DNA of 32,928 nt from a virus (taxonomy: Duplodnaviria; Caudoviricetes): positions 1 through 32,928 of IMG/VR virus record IMGVR_UViG_3300017912_004314, one strand, 5' to 3'. Positions 16,921 to 24,905 of the stretch are shown here, piece by piece. Under the pieces are notes generated by a model. That model did no database searches. It had not been told where the DNA came from and saw only the letters and a program-made list of their open reading frames with translations. Position numbers and translations under genes: made by a program. Position 1 is the stretch's first letter; each line of letters opens with the position of its first letter.

Positions 16921-17789
16921 GGTCTTGTAAAGAAAGCGAATACTACGTTTCCATTTACATCTTTAACTTCAAAGTCATTACAAACTTTTTGAAACAATGT
17001 CTTCATTGTATCAGAATCTGTTGTAGTATTAAGTAATGCATATTCGTTAAACATGTTTACTATTGCATCTGAATCAATTGATACATTTATAGCAGCAGTG
17101 TTTGTATTTACAGCAGTTTGTAATGATTGTACTTTTCCTTGATCAGAATCTAATCTATCAATAATCTCTGTAATTCTATTGTTTACAATTGATAACAATG
17201 CAGAATCAGAATCATGTTGTGTTTGTAATTTTTGTATAGCTGTAGAATCTGAATCTAATCTAGATTTTAAAGAAGCAACATCAGTTTTTAATGCTTCACC
17301 AGCATCTGCATCTGAATCTACTTTAGATTTTAAAGTTGTAAAAGCTGCTGCTGTAGATAATACAGCATTAAATGAATTAGTTGTTACAAGTGCATCTGAA
17401 TCTGTTGCTTGTTCTTTGTTTACATTAACTAATATTTTTCTATTAGCAACCCAAGCATCTCTTTGACCATTGTATTGAAAAGAAGGTGATGTTCCTCTTT
17501 CAAACAACTCATCACTATCTGCTATTGTAATTCCAGCATTGTTATATTGATCGGAGTCATATGCTCCTTTTGCAATAACAATATTTTTGTCAGCTATTGT
17601 AAGTGTAGAAGAATTTACTACAGACTGAGCTCCGTAAACTTTAAGATCACCATGTATCCTTACATTATCAAAAGATACAAATCCATCAGCTTCAGAGTCT
17701 GCTAATAAACTATTTAAATTTTTATCTACTAATCCAGTGACTTGTGATCTGCCTAACTGGTTAGTAATTCTTCTCGAGTTCTTGGCCAT
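16917..17789 (-). CDS. Fibre-like virion protein with a coiled-coil stalk, rich in DSD motifs
   Basis: GDLKVYG....VNSSTLTIADKNIVIAKGA....NAGITI resembles a common phage fibre beta motif; heptad region follows; it has its own late promoter. Confidence 0.65.
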   Translation of the reverse strand: MAKNSRRITNQLGRSQVTGLVDKNLNSLLADSEADGFVSFDNVRIHGDLKVYGAQSVVNSSTLTIADKNIVIAKGAYDSDQYNNAGITIADSDELFERGTSPSFQYNGQRDAWVANRKILVNVNKEQATDSDALVTTNSFNAVLSTAAAFTTLKSKVDSDADAGEALKTDVASLKSRLDSDSTAIQKLQTQHDSDSALLSIVNNRITEIIDRLDSDQGKVQSLQTAVNTNTAAINVSIDSDAIVNMFNEYALLNTTTDSDTMKTLFQKVCNDFEVKDVNGNVVFAFFTRP

Positions 17790-17793
17790 AAAC

Positions 17794-17801
17794 TATTTAT
17801 T
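17794..17801 (-). promoter_or_regulatory. Late promoter variant AATAAATA, 4 nt before the ATG
   Basis: Minus strand reads AATAAATA-GTTT-ATG. Confidence 0.65.
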
Positions 17802-17805
17802 ATAG

Positions 17806-17881
17806 AAAAAAACAAAAAAAATTTAAATTAGCTGTTGACTTTAGATTGATATGTGGGATTATAAAAGCATAGTTAAGGAGA
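17806..17881 (+). promoter_or_regulatory. Host sigma70-type early promoter, copy 1, with UP-like A-tracts and SD
   Basis: A-tracts, TTGACT (17835-17840), 16-nt spacer ending TGTGn, GATTAT, then AAGGAG. Near-identical to copy 2. Confidence 0.8.
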
Positions 17882-17886
17882 ATGTT

Positions 17887-18114
17887 ATGAAAAATGAAGC
17901 AGTAATGAAAATAGCTAGATGTCACTTTACAGATGATTATGTTAAGGTTATATCTTATATGGGTATGGGTATATATCAAGTAGTATATCCTGATGGATCA
18001 TTACAAGGTGCTCACGAATCAACTTTAGATTTTGACGGAGCTTTCGAAAACCAAGAACAAGAGAAAGGTACTTGGTCTGACTTTGCATTAGAAGGTTTAA
18101 TGGAGAACAAATAA
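17887..18114 (+). CDS. Hypothetical early protein (75 aa, start MKNEAVMK)
   Basis: SD AAGGAG before the ATG at 17887; the track's ATG at 17851 lies inside the promoter. Confidence 0.75.
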   Translation: MKNEAVMKIARCHFTDDYVKVISYMGMGIYQVVYPDGSLQGAHESTLDFDGAFENQEQEKGTWSDFALEGLMENK

Positions 18115-18323
18115 TGGCATTACATTTTATAGGTTTTAGAGGCGACGAATATAATAGAGCTAAAAAGATATGGGGTGAACCAGATTTTATTCACCCTGTA
18201 CACGATAGAAGAGCTTATGTTGAAATTGATATTTTTGATGATATTCTTATCTTTGCTAATAAAGAAAGACCAGATGTTATTAGCAAATACAGAAGAGAAT
18301 ATGAAGATATAAAAAAAAATTAA
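18114..18323 (+). CDS. Hypothetical early protein (HFIGFRGDEY..A..IWG.PDFIH..HD.R type)
   Basis: TAATG overlap and GGAG SD; compact motif-rich 69-aa ORF. Confidence 0.75.
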   Translation: MALHFIGFRGDEYNRAKKIWGEPDFIHPVHDRRAYVEIDIFDDILIFANKERPDVISKYRREYEDIKKN

Positions 18324-18374
18324 CTGTTGACTTTAGTTTAGAATGTGTTATTATAAAAGTATAGTTTAAGGAGA
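18311..18374 (+). promoter_or_regulatory. Host sigma70-type early promoter, copy 2
   Basis: A-tract, TTGACT (18327-18332), 16-nt spacer ending TGTGn, TATTAT (18349-18354), then AAGGAG. Confidence 0.82.
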
Positions 18375-18379
18375 TATAT

Positions 18380-18682
18380 ATGATTTGTTCAACTAGAAGT
18401 TATGAGAAATGTCTTAAAGAAGGTTTAAGACCAATTACAGCTAAGTACAAAGCTACTTATTTGTATGTTTATCTAGCAGATGAGATTAAAAAAATTCAAT
18501 CTAGACTTAGAAGAGATCCATGGAATGAATTTAATCAAGATCTTCTTAAGTTGTTACAAAAAAACAAAAAAGTATTATCAGAAGAAAAAAATGATGAAAA
18601 AGTTTGTAAAATGTTAGACTGTTTATATTCAGATTTATATTACGGTCTATGGAATTGGCAAGGAGAATTAAAATGTCAGTAA
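18380..18682 (+). CDS. Hypothetical early protein
   Basis: 100-aa ORF directly after promoter copy 2, with SD AAGGAG. Confidence 0.75.
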   Translation: MICSTRSYEKCLKEGLRPITAKYKATYLYVYLADEIKKIQSRLRRDPWNEFNQDLLKLLQKNKKVLSEEKNDEKVCKMLDCLYSDLYYGLWNWQGELKCQ

Positions 18683-18885
18683 AAAGTAAGTTAAAAGTTG
18701 GTGACTATGTACTTGGTAAATACGGTACTGGTACTATAAGTAATATTGAGTTGTGTGAAAATCCAGGCGACAAATATGGTATTAAAGTTAAAGAAGTTTG
18801 GATGAAAGATATTGACAGAATTGTTGTTGATGTTGACAATAACCGTTTTGAATACGGCAAAGACTTAGATGTAATAATGTATTAG
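18673..18885 (+). CDS. Hypothetical small beta-barrel (SH3/KOW-like) protein, start MSVKSKLKVGD
   Basis: SD AAGGAG before the ATG at 18673; LKVGDYV....GTG.I..I pattern. Confidence 0.65.
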   Translation: MSVKSKLKVGDYVLGKYGTGTISNIELCENPGDKYGIKVKEVWMKDIDRIVVDVDNNRFEYGKDLDVIMY

Positions 18886-18894
18886 GAGATTTCA

Positions 18895-19392
18895 ATGTTT
18901 GATTTTTTAGCAAGTTTGTTTTTATCTACAACAATTGGATTTACAACACCACCACATAAAGTTGAAACAATGTCACCAGAGCTTTTCTGTTTAGTTCAGA
19001 ATATATATTTTGAAGCTGGTAATCAATCTTATGCTGGAAAAGTAGCTGTTGCAGAAGTTACAATGAATAGAGTACAATCAAAAAAATATCCAGATACAAT
19101 ATGTAGTGTTGTTAAACAAGCTAAAATGAGTAAATGGTGGAAAGAACAACACGATAAAAATGTGCCTGTAAGAAACAAATGCCAATTTAGTTGGTTTTGT
19201 GATGGAAAGAGCGACAAAATAAAATATGAAGGCACTTGGAGAAGTTCTATGATTGCTGCTTTTGATGCATTACAATCTGAAAGAAAATTTACAGAAGGTG
19301 CATTGTATTACCATGCTACGTATGTTAATCCTAAGTGGAATAAGAGTAAGGAATACATTACTCGTATAGGAGATCATATTTTCTACAGATAA
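18895..19392 (+). CDS. SleB/Hydrolase_2-family cell wall hydrolase with an N-terminal signal/TM segment
   Basis: CL..NIYFEA..Q...G..AVA.V.MNRV....YP.TIC.VV.Q, CQFSW.CDGK, GAL.YHA.YV.P.W and IG.HIFY motifs. Confidence 0.93.
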   Translation: MFDFLASLFLSTTIGFTTPPHKVETMSPELFCLVQNIYFEAGNQSYAGKVAVAEVTMNRVQSKKYPDTICSVVKQAKMSKWWKEQHDKNVPVRNKCQFSWFCDGKSDKIKYEGTWRSSMIAAFDALQSERKFTEGALYYHATYVNPKWNKSKEYITRIGDHIFYR

Positions 19393-19396
19393 CTGT

Positions 19397-19404
19397 CATA
19401 AATA
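19397..19404 (+). promoter_or_regulatory. Late promoter variant CATAAATA, 4 nt before the gp25 ATG
   Basis: CATAAATA-GTGT-ATG at the point where late genes resume after the early island. Confidence 0.7.
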
Positions 19405-19408
19405 GTGT

Positions 19409-19828
19409 ATGGCTATTTATGATCAAAAATTTATTAGAAAAAGTGTATACAAAGACTTAGATTTTAACTTTTCTAAATTAGCGCTCACTAATGATGTAGG
19501 TTCTAAAACTGATACTAATGCTATTAAGCAATCAGTTGTTAACCTAGTTATGACTAATTTTGGTGAAAGACCTTTTCATCCTGAAATAGGTAGTGATGTA
19601 AATTCACTATTGTTTGAACCTGGTGGTTCATTAACAAATAGTATTATTGAAGATGCTATTCAAAATGTATTAGAAAATTTTGAACCTAGAATACAAGTCA
19701 TATCTGTAAGAGTAGATGACACACCTCAAAACATAGACGAGAATAGAATTTTTGTTAGAATAGTTTATAATTTTTTAGAAAAAAACGAAACAGATAGTTT
19801 TGATGTAGTACTTGAGAGGTTAAGATAA
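19409..19828 (+). CDS. 25: Baseplate wedge gp25
   Basis: YKDLD..F, AIKQSV.NLV.T..GERPF.P..GS....LLFE and FEPRI motifs. Confidence 0.96.
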   Translation: MAIYDQKFIRKSVYKDLDFNFSKLALTNDVGSKTDTNAIKQSVVNLVMTNFGERPFHPEIGSDVNSLLFEPGGSLTNSIIEDAIQNVLENFEPRIQVISVRVDDTPQNIDENRIFVRIVYNFLEKNETDSFDVVLERLR

Positions 19829-21636
19829 TGGCTAGTTTAAATAGACCTTTAGTAGCTAATTTAGATTTTGATGATATCAAAGACGATATTATAAATCATT
19901 TTAAAGACAACGAAGAGTTTCAAGATTATAATTTTGAAGGCTCAGCTTTAAACACACTAATAGATATATTAGCTTACAACACACATTTGAATGCAATGAC
20001 AGCAAACTTTTCAATAAATGAAATGTTTATAAATTCAGCACAAAAAAGAGAGAACATAATTGCAATTGCAAAAGGAATGAATTATGTCCCTAGTTCAACT
20101 ACAAGTGCTAAAGTTGAAGTTACTGTTAATGTACCTAGATTAGGAAGTGAAAGATCTTTTGTAATTCCAGTTGGAACAACACTAACAGCAACAAGTGGAA
20201 ATACAACATTTACTTTTAATTTAACACAAGATGCTATAGCACAGTTTTTAACAGGAGACACATCTAAACAAGTTAAATTAACTTTTGTACAAGGTAAAAT
20301 GTTGACTGATAGGTTTGTACAAACAGAATCAAATACTAGCTTTCCAACTTTTGAATTATTAAATGGTAATGTTGATACAAAAACTATTGCAGTAAGAGTA
20401 AATGATGCAAAGTATACAAGACTAGATCCTGAAAACGAAAGTATCAATACATTAGATGGAACATCAACAATATTTTTTGTAGAGGAAACTACTAATGAAA
20501 AACATAGAATAAGACTTGGTAATGGTACAATTGGTAAAAAACCAAGTATTGGTGATGAAGTTGTAGTATCATATCTAACAAGTGCTGGTGCAAATGCAAA
20601 TGGTATATCTTCATTTAGTATATCAGTATCTGGAAGGTCTGACATATCAATTGTTTCTAATGGAACTTCGTTTGGAGGAGCATCAATTGAAAGTGAAAGA
20701 TCAATTAAAGATAATGCACCACATTGGTTTCAATCTCAATTTAGAGCTGTTACAACCAATGATTATGAAACAATAATAAAGAAAAATTATCCAGACATAC
20801 AAGCAATAAACGCATACGGTGGTGAAGAAGTTGGAAAACCAGGAAAAGTTTTTTTAACAATTAAACCAAAAGTAGGTAATACACTTTCACAATCTGCTAA
20901 ACTTCATATAAAAAATAATATTATAAAAAAGTTTAATATTGTTAATATTACACCTGAAATATTAGATCCAGAATATATTGAATTGTTATTAAACTCAACA
21001 ATAATATATGACAATGCGAGATTAACATCTGACGAAGCTACTTTAAGATCTAAAGTATTTCAGTTGTTTACATCTTTTAATAATGATAGACTTTCAAGTT
21101 TTAAGAAAAGTTTTTTCGAACAAAATTTAGCAGAAGAAATAAAATTATTAGATAAATCTATTGTATCAATTAACACAAGAACTTCATTAAGATATGATGC
21201 AACTGTTACCAATAATAAACTAAACAAATATCAAATTAGTTTTAACAATCCGTTGTATCATCCATTGTTAGGATTCAATGCTGAAAAAGGTGGAATATTA
21301 TCAACAAATGAGTTTAACAGAATAGGTAAAAGTTTTACATCTGGATTTAATGATGATGGAAAAGGCAACATAAGATTGTTTGATAATTTAGATGGCGTAA
21401 AAGTTTATGCAAATAATAAAGCTGGAACAATTGATTATGGTACAGGATTAATTGATATAAAAGATTTTGATCCCCAAGATGGTAATATTAATTTTACTGT
21501 TGTTCCAGATAGCTTTGATGTACTTTCTCTAAATGAATATATTTTAAGAATAAGTTTAGATTCATCATTAGTTAATATTGTAGAAAAAGATAATATAGAA
21601 TTAATTAACTTACTTAACAAATCAAGAAGTGTATAA
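19828..21636 (+). CDS. 6: Baseplate wedge gp6
   Basis: LDFD.IK, F.DYNFEGS.L..L.D.LAYNTH, SA..R, Q.RAVT..DY and GTIDY.TG motifs. Confidence 0.96.
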   Translation: MASLNRPLVANLDFDDIKDDIINHFKDNEEFQDYNFEGSALNTLIDILAYNTHLNAMTANFSINEMFINSAQKRENIIAIAKGMNYVPSSTTSAKVEVTVNVPRLGSERSFVIPVGTTLTATSGNTTFTFNLTQDAIAQFLTGDTSKQVKLTFVQGKMLTDRFVQTESNTSFPTFELLNGNVDTKTIAVRVNDAKYTRLDPENESINTLDGTSTIFFVEETTNEKHRIRLGNGTIGKKPSIGDEVVVSYLTSAGANANGISSFSISVSGRSDISIVSNGTSFGGASIESERSIKDNAPHWFQSQFRAVTTNDYETIIKKNYPDIQAINAYGGEEVGKPGKVFLTIKPKVGNTLSQSAKLHIKNNIIKKFNIVNITPEILDPEYIELLLNSTIIYDNARLTSDEATLRSKVFQLFTSFNNDRLSSFKKSFFEQNLAEEIKLLDKSIVSINTRTSLRYDATVTNNKLNKYQISFNNPLYHPLLGFNAEKGGILSTNEFNRIGKSFTSGFNDDGKGNIRLFDNLDGVKVYANNKAGTIDYGTGLIDIKDFDPQDGNINFTVVPDSFDVLSLNEYILRISLDSSLVNIVEKDNIELINLLNKSRSV

Positions 21637-24600
21637 TGTCTAAAAGAGTTTATCCTTATATAAGCGAGCAAATTCCAAATTTTATTCGTAGTAACTACGA
21701 ATTGTTTGAGAAATTTCTAAAAGTATATTACGAATATATGGAAAAACAAAACGATTCAGACACTACTACAGATATTACAGCATACAAAAAATTAACTAAT
21801 CCAAACGATCTTATTCAAGGTCAACAAGAATACAGAGATCCAGATAAATCTCTTACTCATTTATTAGAATATTTTAAAAGAGATGTTCTTCCAATATCAG
21901 CTACACCTCAAGGAAGTGATGATAGGTTTCTTATTAATAAAATAAGAGACTTATATCTTTCTAAAGGTACTCCAAATTCATTTAAGTTATTATTTAAACT
22001 TTTGTACAACAAATCTATTGAAGTACAACAACCTAACGAACAAGTTTTAGATACTTCTGAAGGAACTTTCGTTGCTTTTGATGTAGTAACATTTTTATCA
22101 AATGATTCGGATGGAGTTTTAAATAATGTTGATTTTAACAATTCTTTTATTGAACAAGATGATAGTGAAATAGCTTCTGTTATTTTTGGATCAAAAATTA
22201 ATAAGATAGGAGCAAATTCTGTTGTAACTTTAACTACATCTGCTCCTTTCAACAAACAACCAGATTCTGAAATAGTTGTTATTAACAAAAGCGATAGAAG
22301 TAAGTATGTTACAGGTACTGTACTAAGACAAATAAAAAATTTAACTATTACAGATTCTGAAATTGGAATGTACAATGTCGGAGATGAAATACTTGTGAAG
22401 CAAGGAGATAACAAATTTAAAGTGCCTGTAAGATCAACAGAATCTGGTCCAGTAACTTCTTTAATTGTAAAAAACAGAGGTATAAATTATAAAGTAAATG
22501 ATACTATTATTTTTACATCAAAAGGTTTTGGTACAGGAGGATCTGCTACTATAACATCAGTTGATTCAGCTGGTAGAATAACAGGTATTGATAACTCTAA
22601 TGTAAGAACTGGAATATTAAGAAATGGTTATTTATCAAATGATTTTCAAAATGTAAATGTTCCAATATTTTCTGGTGGTAATTATAGTCAATTGCCACAA
22701 GTAAAAATTATTTCAAAAACAGGTCATAGTGCAGAAATTGTTCCTTTTTCAAATAAAATTGGAAGGATCAATGACTTTAATTTTTTTAACAAAGGTTTTT
22801 TTGATTCTGAAAATCATGTGTCTGTTGTTATGCCAATGAATATTAATGTTCATGACCAAACAGATTTGACTAATGGACAAACAGTTAGAATACAAAGGTT
22901 CGAAGCTGATTCAGAAGGTTTTTTATTTGATAGTGATACTTTTAGATTAAGTATAAAATTTAGTAATAGAAAATTTAATGAAACTGATAGTGAGTTAGTT
23001 AGAGTTAGAATACCTTATGCGTTTAACTTTAACACTTTCCAATGGATAGATAGTGAGTTTACTTTTAGTCATACTGATTCAGAATCTTTAGCACACGCAT
23101 TCAAAGATATATTAGATAGAGAAATAAAACCAAACTCTACATATAAATTTAAAGTTATTGACAGTGATGAACAAGGTAATCCAGATTCAGAAACACTGAG
23201 AGTTTTTTTATTTTATTTTAATTTGAAGGGATTGGATGATTTTCATTTTGACTTATTAAGTAGATATGAAGATAGTGACAAATATAGATCAATTGCATTT
23301 AAAAAAATAAAAGTGACACCATTTTTAGGTTTGAGTGAAAACGTTGGAAGATTTCAAAATACTAATTTTATTGGAACTGTTGTATCAGTAAACAGTGATA
23401 AAAATATTGTTAAAATTTTAGAAACAGAAAAAATTGATTCTGATGATAGATTTCCAACAGATTCTGATTTAGACATTATTGAAAATAACAGGTATAGAAT
23501 ATTAAGATTAGTTCCTGTTGATAAAGAAACTAACAATGCAATGGTTGTTGAATCTTTTCCTTTTAAAAATTTAATAGCAAATCATCAAAGAGGCAAAGCT
23601 AGTGTTTTATTTGAAGGTTCAGGTCAAACATCAAAACAATTTTTAGACGAAAAAGGTTTTCTTAATTCATTAAGTGGAGGTGTTCTAAGAGATAATTTAT
23701 TTTATGATTTGTTTAGTTATGTTATAAAGTCAGATTTATCAATTAATTCATGGAGAGAGTATGTAAAGAATATATTACACCCAGCTGGAATGAATCTTTT
23801 GAGTAACTTAAATATTGATTCTACAGTTAATAGTGAAACTAATAAATCAAGTATTGTAGATAACTTAGGTGAAACATTTAACATTACCTTTGATAGATCT
23901 TTAGATCATTCAGTAAATGCAGCTGAAAATTCTGGGTCTTTAAATGCAGCGACTTCGTTATATGCTTCAAATGCTTTTAATTTGTATAACACAACTTTTG
24001 AAAATGGAGTTTCTGTTACAGCTGATAATACAAGTTTAATTTTAGGTCAAGCTGAAGATGCTGAATTTGGTAATGCGTTTTGGGATTATGAACCAGTTGG
24101 ATATATCGATCCTCAATCTACACAAACAAAAGATAGTGATGGATCTCAAATTATTCATGAAACAAATTTTATACATCAAACATATGATAAAAAAGATAAA
24201 GATTCAGATTATCTTCAAGATTTTTACAAATATAAAAACTTATCAAGATATCCAGATCAACAAACTATTACATTAGGTAAAACTGAATTCAAAGAAGGAG
24301 AAAATATATTTTTATTATTTGATTCAGAAAAAGTAAACAGAATTAACTTTTTAAGATTTGATTTTTCTAAAGATAGTGATAACAGTTATGCTGGCGACAG
24401 TGATGAAAAATTAATTTTTAAAGGTATAGAATATTTAAAATTAAAAGATACAGACTCTGATTTTGTAAAACAAGAAATAACAAAAAGAAACTACGAATAC
24501 TTGATAGAGTTTAACAAAGATTTAAAAAATGCAAGTAAAGAAGACAATAGTTTTTCTTATGCAGTAAATGGAACAACCTTTTTAAACATGGAAGCATTCA

Positions 24601-24905
24601 ATCAAAAGTGGAATACGATTCATAGAAAAAGAGTTAATAATGAAGGATGGGAAATACAAGGATATAGTTCTTCATTAGTAAATGCTACAGGTGCAGATTA
24701 CAGATTCATAAACGAACATATGAATTTTGTTCCAAAATATTCAAAAGAAAAAGCATCAATAAACAAAGAATTTTGGAATAGTCAAAATACAATTGTTTGG
24801 CAAAATGCTTATCTAAACCCAATAAATAGTAAAGAAACAAATTTACTTTATATTGATTCGGATAGTAGAGATCCAAACTCATATAATAGTTCGAGAAAAG
24901 ACTGA
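21636..24905 (+). CDS. Baseplate wedge protein, gp7-like
   Basis: Between gp6 and gp8; QIP.FIR..Y..F..FL..YYE, I.DLY.SKGT..SF.LLF..LY and DN..Y..FSY.IKS......W...V....HPAG motifs. Confidence 0.8.
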   Translation: MSKRVYPYISEQIPNFIRSNYELFEKFLKVYYEYMEKQNDSDTTTDITAYKKLTNPNDLIQGQQEYRDPDKSLTHLLEYFKRDVLPISATPQGSDDRFLINKIRDLYLSKGTPNSFKLLFKLLYNKSIEVQQPNEQVLDTSEGTFVAFDVVTFLSNDSDGVLNNVDFNNSFIEQDDSEIASVIFGSKINKIGANSVVTLTTSAPFNKQPDSEIVVINKSDRSKYVTGTVLRQIKNLTITDSEIGMYNVGDEILVKQGDNKFKVPVRSTESGPVTSLIVKNRGINYKVNDTIIFTSKGFGTGGSATITSVDSAGRITGIDNSNVRTGILRNGYLSNDFQNVNVPIFSGGNYSQLPQVKIISKTGHSAEIVPFSNKIGRINDFNFFNKGFFDSENHVSVVMPMNINVHDQTDLTNGQTVRIQRFEADSEGFLFDSDTFRLSIKFSNRKFNETDSELVRVRIPYAFNFNTFQWIDSEFTFSHTDSESLAHAFKDILDREIKPNSTYKFKVIDSDEQGNPDSETLRVFLFYFNLKGLDDFHFDLLSRYEDSDKYRSIAFKKIKVTPFLGLSENVGRFQNTNFIGTVVSVNSDKNIVKILETEKIDSDDRFPTDSDLDIIENNRYRILRLVPVDKETNNAMVVESFPFKNLIANHQRGKASVLFEGSGQTSKQFLDEKGFLNSLSGGVLRDNLFYDLFSYVIKSDLSINSWREYVKNILHPAGMNLLSNLNIDSTVNSETNKSSIVDNLGETFNITFDRSLDHSVNAAENSGSLNAATSLYASNAFNLYNTTFENGVSVTADNTSLILGQAEDAEFGNAFWDYEPVGYIDPQSTQTKDSDGSQIIHETNFIHQTYDKKDKDSDYLQDFYKYKNLSRYPDQQTITLGKTEFKEGENIFLLFDSEKVNRINFLRFDFSKDSDNSYAGDSDEKLIFKGIEYLKLKDTDSDFVKQEITKRNYEYLIEFNKDLKNASKEDNSFSYAVNGTTFLNMEAFNQKWNTIHRKRVNNEGWEIQGYSSSLVNATGADYRFINEHMNFVPKYSKEKASINKEFWNSQNTIVWQNAYLNPINSKETNLLYIDSDSRDPNSYNSSRKD

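Noticed and set aside
21636-24905. GATTC/GANTC DNA motif abundance as a methylation-site (CcrM-like) signal
   Set aside because: Many motifs use GAT AGT or GAC AGT codons lacking GANTC, and the ones I checked are in the Asp-Ser reading frame, so the signal is at the protein level.
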